From assembly GCA_963695345.1 (NCBI GenBank), contig OY968769.1:832001-896000 (forward strand): a DNA stretch of 64,000 nucleotides, given 5' to 3'. The position numbers and the translations under genes are program-made. The notes beneath the pieces were generated by a model. It saw only the letters and a list, made by a program, of their open reading frames with translations. It did no database searches and was not told where the DNA came from. Origin of the DNA: an uncultured Methanomassiliicoccales archaeon. GTDB taxonomy: Archaea; Thermoplasmatota; Thermoplasmata; Methanomassiliicoccales; UBA472. Of the stretch, positions 1 through 9,373 are shown piece after piece; position 1 is the stretch's first letter, and the number at the start of each line of letters is the position of its first letter.

Positions 1-326
1 GCGTGATGTCGTCCAAGCACATCCGCACCGACATCAACCTGGCATGGCCTTCCGCCGAGATAGCCATCGTCGGACCGGAAGGAGCCATCAACATAGTCTA
101 TAAACAGGAGCTCATAATGGCAGACGACCCACAGGTGAAGCGGGACGAGCTCATCTCCGAGTACCGTAAGGCCTACGCGTCACCGTATGTGGCCGCGGAA
201 CGGGGATACCTCGACGACATCATCGAACCGAAGGAGACCCGGTCCAGATTGATCAGCGCCCTGCATATGTTGGAGAAGAAGAGAGAGTCGAGACCGACCA
301 AGAAGCACGGCAACATTCCGCTATGA
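1..326 (+). CDS. Acyl-CoA carboxyltransferase subunit (PccB/MmdA/transcarboxylase 12S family), 5'-truncated by window edge
   Basis: C-terminal signature [15 protein letters not shown]...[16 protein letters not shown]...KKHGNIPL. Confidence 0.93.
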   Translation, partial: VMSSKHIRTDINLAWPSAEIAIVGPEGAINIVYKQELIMADDPQVKRDELISEYRKAYASPYVAAERGYLDDIIEPKETRSRLISALHMLEKKRESRPTKKHGNIPL

Positions 327-336
327 GGCTGTCCAG

Positions 337-1828
337 ATGAAGATAAAGATAATGGACACGGTATTGCGGGACGCCCACCAGTCGCTATTGGCGACCAGGA
401 TGCGGACCGAGGACATGCTGCCCATAGCCCCGCTCATGGACGAGATCGGTTACTGGTCCGTGGAGATGTGGGGAGGCGCCACCTTCGACTCCTGCCTCCG
501 CTACCTGAAGGAGGACCCCTGGGAGCGCATCACCAAGCTCAAGAAGGCGATGCCGAACACCCGGTTCCAGATGCTTCTCCGCGGACAGAACATCGTCGGA
601 TACCGTCATTATTCGGACGACATCGTGGAGAAGTTCGTGCAGAAGGCGCACGCAGCGCGGGATCGACGTCTTCCGCATCTTCGACGCGCTCAACGACGTC
701 AGGAACATGCAGTCGGCCATGAGGGCGGTCGAAACGCTCCGGGGCGATCGTGGAGGCGGCCATTGCCTACACCACCTCGCCGGTCCACAGCATCGACACC
801 TTCGTCCAGATGGCCAACCGGCTGAAGGAGCTGGGTGCGGATACCTTGTGCATCAAGGACATGGCCGGACTCCTGAAGCCGTATGTGGCCTATGACCTGG
901 TCAAGCAGCTGAGGGAGGAGACCGCCCTGCCCGGTGCACATGCACTGCCACGCCACCTCCGGAATGTCCGAATCATCCTACGTAAAGGGGATCGAGGCCG
1001 GCGCCGAGATCATCGACACCGCCATCTCGTCCATGTCCCAGGGGACCGCCCAGCCGCCCACCGAATCGATGGTGGCCATGCTCCGCGGGACGGAGTACGA
1101 CACCGGACTGGACCTGAAGAAGCTGCAGGAGATATCCGATTACTTCGAAAAGGTGCGGGAAAAGTACTCCGATTTCGAGAGCGGACACACCGGTGTCGAT
1201 ACCAACGCCCTCATCTACCAGATACCGGGGGGGATGATCTCCAATCTGGCCTCTCAGCTGAAGGAGGCAAAGCAGGAGCACAAGATCCAGGAGATCTATG
1301 AGGAGGTGCCCCGGGTCAGGGCCGACCTCGGCTATCCCGCCGCTGGTGACGCCGACCTCGCAGATCGTCGGTACCCAGGCGACCCTCAACGTCATTTCCG
1401 GTGAGCGGTACAAGATGGTCACCAACGAGACCAAGAACCTGGTGCGCGGGCTGTACGGACGCACGCCGGCGGAGATCGACCCCGCCGTCCGCAGGAAGAT
1501 CATCGGGGACGAGAAACCCATCACCGTCCGCCCTGCCGACCTGCTCGAGCCCGAGTATGACCGGTTGGCGCTGGAGATCGGCTCCTTGGCCAGGAACGAG
1601 GAGGACGTCCTCTCCTACGCGCTCTTCCCCCGGGAGGCCATTGAGTACTTCAAGGACCGGGAGATGAACGAGAAGGGCGTGAACCTGAAGGACATCGCCG
1701 CCGTCGCCGTTCTGTACATGCGCTCCACCGAGAAGAAGCCCGCCAAGGACATCTGCAAGGGGAAGGAAGACCAGTGGAAGAACGTGGCCCGCCGCGAACA
1801 GATGAGGCAAGGGGGGTGGCTGATCTGA
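337..1828 (+). CDS. Pyruvate/oxaloacetate carboxyltransferase (OadA/PycB/transcarboxylase 5S family); about 4 apparent frameshifts
   Basis: [40 protein letters not shown] and [11 protein letters not shown] motifs across ORFs 337-825, 750-1301, 934-1404 and 1298-1828. Confidence 0.92.
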
Positions 1829-2329
1829 AGCTCAAGATTACCGCCAACGGACATCCGCATGAGGTCAACGTGGAGAAGAACGGCGGCGACTACCGCGTCA
1901 CCATCGGCAATGAGAACTATCGGGTGGCCATCAAGGACAGCGGGGTATCCATCAACGGAGAGCTACTTCCAGATAAACGTGGAGGGGGCGCTCAACGAGG
2001 GCGCCACCGTGACCACCAGCTCGCGCCAGATGAAGGTGCTTGTGGAACCGGTCCGCGAGATGGCCATGGTCTCGGTGGAGGCCGAGGTGTCGCATGGCGG
2101 CAAGGGCTCCGATTCGAAGGGCTCGATCATGGCGCCGATGCCGGGCAAGATCATCTCCATCAAGGTGAAACCGGGAGACACCGTGGCCCAGAACCAGATC
2201 GTGGCCGTCCTGGAGGCGATGAAGATGGAGAACGAGATCCAGTCCGACGTCGCCGGCACCGTTCTCAGCGTTTCCGTCCGGCCGGGGGAGACGGTCGAGG
2301 GCGGCCAGGTCCTGCTGGTTGTCCAGTGA
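1816..2329 (+). CDS. Biotin carboxyl carrier protein (1.3S-like); frameshift near 1965
   Basis: APMPGKI...LEAMKMENEI biotinylation motif; GTG start overlaps the upstream gene end. Confidence 0.9.
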
Positions 2330-3607
2330 TCAGAAGTCCGTTCCCTGGGCGAAGGCCGCGGTAGCCTCGGCCACCTTCTTGTCTCCGTAGATCGCCGCGG
2401 TCATGCTCTTGCGCACCAGCAACTGCTGGGCCAGCCGCATCACCTCGTCCTCGGTGACCTTTTCGTACTTCCTCACCTCATCGTCGATAATCGGCACATC
2501 GCCGGTGATCATGTAGTGGTAGGCGAACATGCGCATGTCGTCGCGCGGCTGGCCTATGTTCCTCAGGATGCTGCCCTTGAGGACATGCTTGGCGCGTTCC
2601 AGCTCGCCCGGTGCCAGCCCTTCGTTCTTGAGCCGCTTGAGCTCCTCCCCGAAGATGTGGATCACCCTCTGGACCCGGTCGGCGGAGGTGGAGAAGTACG
2701 ACTCTACGGTACCGGAGTCGGAGTAGGAGGACGGCGCCATGTAGATCGAGTAGACCAGGCCTTCCTCCTCCCTCACCTTCCGGTTGAGGCGTGAGCTCGC
2801 CCCGCCGCCGATGATCGCCGCCAGTACATCCTGTGCGTAGCTCGACGGGTCCTTTGCCGTCAGTCCCGGGAACGCCAATCCCACGTACATGTGGTCCCCC
2901 TTCCTGGGATACGCATCTATGGAGGCGTGGAACTTGGGTTTCTGCCTTTTCACCGGTCTGCCCTTCTCCAGACCGTCGAGCGAGTCGGTGGCCCATCGAA
3001 GGACCTGTTCCGGGTCTATGTTGCCGCAGGCCACCACCGCCATCCGGGGCGGGCGGTACTTGGTGGAATGGAATTCCAGCAGATCCTCGGAGGAGAACGA
3101 GTCCACGCTCTTGTCCGTGCCGAGCACCGGCCGGGACAGAGGTCCGCCCTTGAACAGGGAGCGCAGCAGAAGGTTCTTGATGTAGCGTTCCGGATCGTTC
3201 AGCCGGTTGTTGATCTCCTGTTTGACGACCCCTTTCTCCAGCTCCATGTAGTCCTTGTCCATCAGCGGGTTGCAGAAGATGTCCTGGACCAGGCCCTGGG
3301 CGGTTTCGACCGTCTCATCGATGGAGAAGGAGAAGAAAGAGGTCATCTCCTGGGTGGTGAAGGCGTTGAGATACCCGCCCGCCTCCTCGATCGTCTCATT
3401 GACCTGATTGAACGTGCGGTTCCTGGTGCCCTTGAACAGCATATGCTCGAGGAAGTGGGCCATTCCATGCTGCTTCGGCCCTTCGTCGCGGGAGCCGATG
3501 CCGACGCTGATCGAGACGGCGGCGGATCGAGTCTGGGGAAGACGTTCCGTGATGACCGGTATTCCGGCGGGCGTCTTGGTCACCGTTAGCAGCTGTTCGG
3601 TCCTCAT
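2330..3607 (-). CDS. M16 family (insulinase/MPP-like) zinc peptidase
   Basis: Inverted zinc motif HFLEHMLFKGT, NAFT, and SRL..VRE..GLVY in the C-terminal half. Confidence 0.93.
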   Translation of the reverse strand: MRTEQLLTVTKTPAGIPVITERLPQTRSAAVSISVGIGSRDEGPKQHGMAHFLEHMLFKGTRNRTFNQVNETIEEAGGYLNAFTTQEMTSFFSFSIDETVETAQGLVQDIFCNPLMDKDYMELEKGVVKQEINNRLNDPERYIKNLLLRSLFKGGPLSRPVLGTDKSVDSFSSEDLLEFHSTKYRPPRMAVVACGNIDPEQVLRWATDSLDGLEKGRPVKRQKPKFHASIDAYPRKGDHMYVGLAFPGLTAKDPSSYAQDVLAAIIGGGASSRLNRKVREEEGLVYSIYMAPSSYSDSGTVESYFSTSADRVQRVIHIFGEELKRLKNEGLAPGELERAKHVLKGSILRNIGQPRDDMRMFAYHYMITGDVPIIDDEVRKYEKVTEDEVMRLAQQLLVRKSMTAAIYGDKKVAEATAAFAQGTDF

Positions 3608-3853
3608 GTGCCATAGATGGCCTGACCGGATTAAAAAGGATGCCGTTTCGGATCGGGAATCCGACGTCCCAAACCGCAGGCCACGTGGGGTCTGACATTA
3701 ACCCGCTCGATCGGTGTTCGACGGATGTTGCCAGTACAAATAATATATTGTTTTATTAATATTATTAGTGAATATCTTAAGGATGCTTATTAAACCCAAT
3801 AAGCGGGTCAATCATTGATTGCGGTCGAGGCCACGGCCTTAGGGGGCATTGAA

Positions 3854-5335
3854 TTGAACGTGCTGAAGAACCTCAGTGTCGCCATCGTTGCGACGATGAT
3901 GATCCTTGTTTGTATATTGACAGTGTTACCTGACCAGGCACAGGCCGTGCCAGTGTCTGGCTGGAGCCCGGCCATACCGTTGAACGGTAATCGGTCCAGT
4001 GCCGCATCGGTCCAGGTGGGCGACACGGTATACATAATGGGCGGATTTAACACCACCTCGGTGGATATGACCAACTATGTTTTCACCTATGACCTTATGA
4101 CTGGGGCGAGTGTCCGGAAAGCGAATCTCCCGTACAAGACGGCCATCGCGGCCGCCGCTACCGATGGTAAAGAGATCTTTGTTGTCGGGAGCCTCAACAT
4201 CTCGGTCTCCCACTATATGGATACCCTTCAGATCTATAACATCAGCACGAACGTATGGACCGTCGGGCCACACATTCCAGTGGGGAGCGCCGGGGCTTGC
4301 GCGGCCGTCATTGGCAATAATCTCTATGTCGTGGGCGGATTCAACGCCACCGCTCCCTACGGTCTGAACGCCACCCAGATCTTTAACATTCATGATCGGA
4401 CCTGGAGCAATGGTTCATCTTTGCCGTTCGGCAGGTTCTGCGGCAGCTTGGTGGCCTACCATGGGTCCCTCTATCATATGGGGGGCATGGATGGTGCATC
4501 TGCCCGGACCAACTGCTACAAATGGGACCTGACCGGGTCCTGGTACTCGATCGCATCGATGCCGGAGGCGAGGGGCTTCAATAGCCTGGTGATAGGAACT
4601 GACGGATTGTTCTATACCGCAGGCGGATCGAGCCTCAATTCATTCGGCAGTGCCTGGAACAACTCATTCATCTATGACCCGACCGACAATGTCTGGAGCA
4701 GAGGTCCGAACCTGACCCAGGCTTGTACGTTGTCGGCCATGGGGGCATCGAGCAACGGTAATATCTTCCTCCTGGGAGGACGGAACTCAGCCGTCACCAA
4801 CTCGCGCGTCAGCTACATTGCCACGATGCCTTCCGCCCAATCGCAGGTGGATTCGCTGAATTCCCAGATATTGGCATTGCAGGGGAAACTGCAGGACATT
4901 GGCGCGAACATCTCGGACATCCAGGACAAGATGGACGATCAGGGGACTCAGATCGGGACGGCCCAAACGGCTCTCGGCAGCCTTCAGGTGCAGCTATCCG
5001 GTCTAAGGGCTCAGCTGAACGCAACCCAGGGCTCGATCACTGAACTCTCCACCGGCTACGAACAGCAGATGGGAGGATTGAGCTCCGAGCAGACCGCATC
5101 TGCCACACAACTGACCCAAATGCAGACCCAGATAGCGACCCTCATGGATGACCTCAACTCGACCCAGTCGCGGTTGACCCAGACCAGCAACGAAGTGGCC
5201 GGGGTCCAGAGCAGCGTGGATGGGCGGGCGGACGGGACCATGGGCCTCATAATCATGGTGCTTGCCATTGTGATGATGGTAATGGCAGCGTTCCTTATCG
5301 TTCTTGTAGCCAGGAAGAAAAAGGGGGTCCAGTAG
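3854..5335 (+). CDS. Secreted Kelch-repeat beta-propeller protein with coiled-coil stalk and C-terminal membrane anchor
   Basis: N-terminal signal peptide; about 6 Kelch repeats (YIMGG..Y..W); Q/L heptad region; hydrophobic C-terminus followed by RKKK; start uncertain (TTG 3854 or GTG 3860). Confidence 0.85.
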   Translation: MNVLKNLSVAIVATMMILVCILTVLPDQAQAVPVSGWSPAIPLNGNRSSAASVQVGDTVYIMGGFNTTSVDMTNYVFTYDLMTGASVRKANLPYKTAIAAAATDGKEIFVVGSLNISVSHYMDTLQIYNISTNVWTVGPHIPVGSAGACAAVIGNNLYVVGGFNATAPYGLNATQIFNIHDRTWSNGSSLPFGRFCGSLVAYHGSLYHMGGMDGASARTNCYKWDLTGSWYSIASMPEARGFNSLVIGTDGLFYTAGGSSLNSFGSAWNNSFIYDPTDNVWSRGPNLTQACTLSAMGASSNGNIFLLGGRNSAVTNSRVSYIATMPSAQSQVDSLNSQILALQGKLQDIGANISDIQDKMDDQGTQIGTAQTALGSLQVQLSGLRAQLNATQGSITELSTGYEQQMGGLSSEQTASATQLTQMQTQIATLMDDLNSTQSRLTQTSNEVAGVQSSVDGRADGTMGLIIMVLAIVMMVMAAFLIVLVARKKKGVQ

Positions 5336-5336
5336 G

Positions 5337-7118
5337 ATGATGCGAATGAAGAGGAAGGACAGCATCACGGCGATCATGATCGTGATGATGTTGACAATGG
5401 GCGCTTTGGTCATTGTTCCCGATACCGTGTCCGCGGTCAGCGGACCCGCTTGGACAACGATGCCTGCACTGCCAGTGAACCGTACCGAGTCGGCCTATGC
5501 CCAGGTGGGCAACACACTGTACATCATGGGCGGAGGGGTCAGCCCGCTGAGCAAGGATAACTTAGCTTACAGCTACAACATGACGAACGGTCTGACGACC
5601 GCACTGGCCACGATGCCGGTCGCGGATAGGGGATCCGCTGCCGCCGCCACCAATGACGGAAGGATATTCGTCTTCGGAGGAACTGTCGGCAGCGCAAAGA
5701 CCCAGATATACTACATATCGAACAACACTTGGATCATGGGGCCGGATATGCCGCATGGGGTCTGGCAGGGAAAAGCGGCCTACATGGTCAGTGACAACAG
5801 GATATACGTGGCCGGGGGAGAAGTGGCCGATCCAGCAAACTACCTGCAGATCCTCAACCTGGCCACAATGGTCTGGTCCGCCGGGACCCCATTACCAGTC
5901 GGTGTCGGGCAGGGCAATCTGGTCTCGTTCAACACCCAACTGCTGTACTTCGGTGGATATAACCAGACCAGTCATGCGACCAATGAGACCCTGTCCTATT
6001 CTGGAGGGACTTGGACAAAAGTGAAGCCGATGCCGGCCCCGCTGACCTACGCCGCCGCGGTTCGCGCGATCGATGATCAGATATATGTCATCGGAGGAAG
6101 TGACCAGTACATGCTGGCACAGAATTCCCTAGCTGGCGTATATGCCTATGAGCCGAGGTCCAAGACCTGGACCACCGTGGCAAGTCTGCCGGTACCGAGG
6201 GAGAACCCGGTCGCTGGCATCACATCGTACGGGACCATCGTCTGTGCCGGCGGATCGAACCTCAGCCAATCGATGAATACCGTGCTGTCTCTCCGCATCG
6301 CATCGATGTCAGTGACGACGGTGCTGTCATCCACTGTCAAGACCGGCGGACCGATTTCGGTCACGTTCACGGCAAGCATGACCTACCGCCCCCTGGCGTT
6401 TGTGGAGGGCGAGGTCTATCTGAAGGATGTTATGGGCGTATCATTCGATCTCGGATCGGCGTCCGCATCCTCCGGCCAGCAGATGACGACCTTCGACGTG
6501 CCTCAGTACGCCGCTCTGGGTTCGGCCAGGCTGAACGTGCCGGGGCTGACCGCGCACGACGCCAGGGGATACACCTGGACCTTGCCATCATTGACCTCGG
6601 CCGCTTTCACCATCGCCCCTGGACAACCGACACAGGACCAGATAGACATTCTGGCCACGAGGGTCATCGAACTCCAAGCGCAGTTGCTGGAACAGAACGC
6701 TTCACTGGCCGTCATGTCGGCGAACTCCACCTCTCAGGCATCCCAGGTGTATGTCCTGCAAGGTTCGATAGAGGCTGCCCAGGAGAACGTGGACCTCTTG
6801 AACGCCCAGCTGCTGACCGCACAGGCGCAGCTGGCATCGCTGCAGGCCCAGACCAATTCCTCGATCGGATCCGCCTCGGACTGGCAAAATCAGAGCCAAT
6901 CACAGTTGACCGCCCTGCAGGCGCAGATCGACCTGCTGAACGCCCAGGTGAATGAGAGCCAACAGCAACTGGGTCAGATCAGGACCGACGCCGGATCGGT
7001 GCAGGCCTCTGCCGACCGGAAGATGGACTCGACCACCGGCATGCTGGCGGTGGTCCTGATGATAGCGGCGATCGCCGGATTGGCACTGGCCATGGTCCTG
7101 GTGATGCGCAGGAAGTGA
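5337..7118 (+). CDS. Second Kelch-repeat / coiled-coil / C-terminal TM surface protein (paralogue)
   Basis: Same architecture plus an extra beta-rich domain; 1 nt after the upstream stop; ends in hydrophobic helix + RRK. Confidence 0.85.
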   Translation: MMRMKRKDSITAIMIVMMLTMGALVIVPDTVSAVSGPAWTTMPALPVNRTESAYAQVGNTLYIMGGGVSPLSKDNLAYSYNMTNGLTTALATMPVADRGSAAAATNDGRIFVFGGTVGSAKTQIYYISNNTWIMGPDMPHGVWQGKAAYMVSDNRIYVAGGEVADPANYLQILNLATMVWSAGTPLPVGVGQGNLVSFNTQLLYFGGYNQTSHATNETLSYSGGTWTKVKPMPAPLTYAAAVRAIDDQIYVIGGSDQYMLAQNSLAGVYAYEPRSKTWTTVASLPVPRENPVAGITSYGTIVCAGGSNLSQSMNTVLSLRIASMSVTTVLSSTVKTGGPISVTFTASMTYRPLAFVEGEVYLKDVMGVSFDLGSASASSGQQMTTFDVPQYAALGSARLNVPGLTAHDARGYTWTLPSLTSAAFTIAPGQPTQDQIDILATRVIELQAQLLEQNASLAVMSANSTSQASQVYVLQGSIEAAQENVDLLNAQLLTAQAQLASLQAQTNSSIGSASDWQNQSQSQLTALQAQIDLLNAQVNESQQQLGQIRTDAGSVQASADRKMDSTTGMLAVVLMIAAIAGLALAMVLVMRRK

Positions 7119-7145
7119 CCAGGGAAACCGTTTACAAACCAATTC

Positions 7146-7165
7146 CCTTTCTCTTTTCTTTTTCT
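7146..7165 (+). terminator. Oligo-T/pyrimidine tract, archaeal-type terminator after the Kelch gene pair
   Basis: ccctttctcttttctttttct about 30 nt after the stop codon. Confidence 0.55.
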
Positions 7166-7396
7166 AGGATGCCCAGCTGCATGGCTACAAGAATGGTGCC
7201 GGCCCCGGCAAGGAGGGAGAATGACATGGACCCACTGGTCCGCGGATCCTCCTCGGATTGTGAGAGCGATACTGGAACATCGTTTTCAAACGCATCTCAC
7301 GGGGGCTAGAATCGAAAAGCAGATATGTAGTCACAACATGGCACGAGCGTCCGTCCGATCACGGGATCGATTTGGACCGACATAAGGAGATCATCC

Positions 7397-9373
7397 ATGG
7401 CGACCAAGGGCAAAGGCAATCCGGAACGTACCTGCGACGCCGGGGCAAAGGACTGCATAGAGACAGCGGCCGCCAAGAAGATCGAGACCGCCTGGGACCG
7501 GTTCGAGCTGATGCAGCCGCAATGCGGCTTCGGAGAGCTCGGGGTGTGCTGCAACATTTGCCTTCAGGGCCCCTGCCGGATCAATCCATACGGGGGAAAG
7601 CCGGAGAAGGGCATCTGCGGCGCCCGGGACTATACGATCGTGGCCAGGAACCTCATCCGCCATATCGCGGGCGGCACCGCCTCACATTCGGGCCATGGCC
7701 GCCACATCGCCGACACGCTGCGGAAGGTGGTGGACGGGAACGCGCCGGCATATTCCATCAAGGACGAGAAGAAACTGAGGCGGGTCTCGGAACGGCTGGG
7801 GATCGATTGCCAGGGAAGGTCCAAGGAGGAACTGGCGAGGGCCGTCCTGATCAAGGTCTTCGACGACTATGGACGGAGCGAGAGTCTGCCCCTGAATTTC
7901 ACCACGGCCACTATCACCAAGCACCGCGCCGATCTTCTGGAATCGCTCGGGGTCATGCCTGACTCGATCGACCGTTCCATCGCCGACGTCATGCACCGCA
8001 CCTCGCTGGGCTGCGATGCCGATCCATTGCCCTTGCTCTTTGGCGGCATCCGGTGCGCCATCGCCGATTACAACGGAATGCAGATATCCACCGACCTGTC
8101 GGACATACTGTTCGGCACGCCCAGACTGGTCCGTACCTATGCCAACCTGGGTGCCCTCAAGGAGGATGCGGTCAACATCGCCATCCATGGTCACAACCCG
8201 GTGCTCAGCGAGGTCATCGTGGACGTCGCCCGGAAGATGGACGAGGAGGCCCGGCAGGCGGGCGCTTCGGGCATCAACATCGTCGGCATCTGCTGCACCG
8301 GGACCGAGGCGCTGATGCGGAAGGGGGTCTCCCTGGCCTCGAACTTCGCATCCCAGGAACTGGCGCTCGCCACCGGGGCGGTCGACCTGCTGGTGGCGGA
8401 TTACCAGTGCATAATGCCTTCGCTCTCGGAGATCTGCTCCTGCATGCACACCGAGATGGTGACCACGATGAGCAATGTCCGGATCCCCTATGACACCCAC
8501 GTCCAGTTCCGGGAGGAGGACGCCGAGGAGTCAGCGCGGTCGATCATCCGGATGGCCATCAAGTCCTTCCAACGGCGGGAACCGGCCAAGGTCAAGATCC
8601 CGAACGTCAGCTACGACGTGGTGGCCGGGTTCAGCACCGAGCAGATCGAGGAGCTGTGCGCACCGTTCGTACCGGAGGACCCGCTGATCCACATCGTCGA
8701 GGCCATCAGGTCCGGGCAGATACGGGGGATCGCGCTGCTGGCAGGCTGCAACAACCAGAAGGCGGTGCAGGACAGGAACCATCTGACCATCGCCAAGGAA
8801 ATGATCAAGCATGACGTCCTGGTGCTGACCACCGGATGTTCCGCCGGGGCCTGCGCCAAGAACGACCTTCTTTCCGCCGAGGCCACGGAGAGGTTCGCCG
8901 GACCCGGACTGAAGACGTTCATCCGGTCCCTCGAAGAGCGGAACGGGGTCAAGCTCCCGCCGATATGGCACATGGGTTCCTGCGTCGACAACTCCCGGGC
9001 CGCGAACCTGGCCAAGGAGATCGCGGTCCGACTGGGAACGGACGTCTCGGAGATACCGTTCGTCGTCTCGGCGCCCGAGGCGAATCACGAGAAGGCCGTG
9101 TCCATCGGCACCTGGTGCGTCGCCCTGGGCATGCCGGTCCACGTGGGCACCATCAGCTATGTTCACGGTTCGTCACTGGTCACCGAGGTGCTGGAGCACT
9201 CCGCCAGGGATGTCTTCGGCGGACATTTCATATTCGAGGCGGACCCGCACAAGGCATCGCACCGGCTGCTCAACACCATCGAACGCCGGCGCTGGATGCT
9301 GTCGTTCGAGAACCATTACGTGGTCGAGGACTCGAAGAAGCTCTCCAATCCAGGCTGTTCCGCATGGCCATAG
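7397..9373 (+). CDS. cooS: Bacterial-type (CooS/AcsA) Ni-Fe carbon monoxide dehydrogenase; possibly fused to acsB
   Basis: QPQCGFG..GVCCNICLQGPC..CGA (D/B clusters); HGHNP, ICCTG, DYQC, GCNN, TGC and GSCVD (C-cluster ligands); EKA; RBS aaggag. Confidence 0.96.
   Translation: MATKGKGNPERTCDAGAKDCIETAAAKKIETAWDRFELMQPQCGFGELGVCCNICLQGPCRINPYGGKPEKGICGARDYTIVARNLIRHIAGGTASHSGHGRHIADTLRKVVDGNAPAYSIKDEKKLRRVSERLGIDCQGRSKEELARAVLIKVFDDYGRSESLPLNFTTATITKHRADLLESLGVMPDSIDRSIADVMHRTSLGCDADPLPLLFGGIRCAIADYNGMQISTDLSDILFGTPRLVRTYANLGALKEDAVNIAIHGHNPVLSEVIVDVARKMDEEARQAGASGINIVGICCTGTEALMRKGVSLASNFASQELALATGAVDLLVADYQCIMPSLSEICSCMHTEMVTTMSNVRIPYDTHVQFREEDAEESARSIIRMAIKSFQRREPAKVKIPNVSYDVVAGFSTEQIEELCAPFVPEDPLIHIVEAIRSGQIRGIALLAGCNNQKAVQDRNHLTIAKEMIKHDVLVLTTGCSAGACAKNDLLSAEATERFAGPGLKTFIRSLEERNGVKLPPIWHMGSCVDNSRAANLAKEIAVRLGTDVSEIPFVVSAPEANHEKAVSIGTWCVALGMPVHVGTISYVHGSSLVTEVLEHSARDVFGGHFIFEADPHKASHRLLNTIERRRWMLSFENHYVVEDSKKLSNPGCSAWP

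Noticed and set aside
9371-9373. Pyrrolysine read-through of the cooS TAG
   Set aside because: Read-through would stay in the cooS frame and would not join acsB; no in-frame amber was seen inside other conserved genes.
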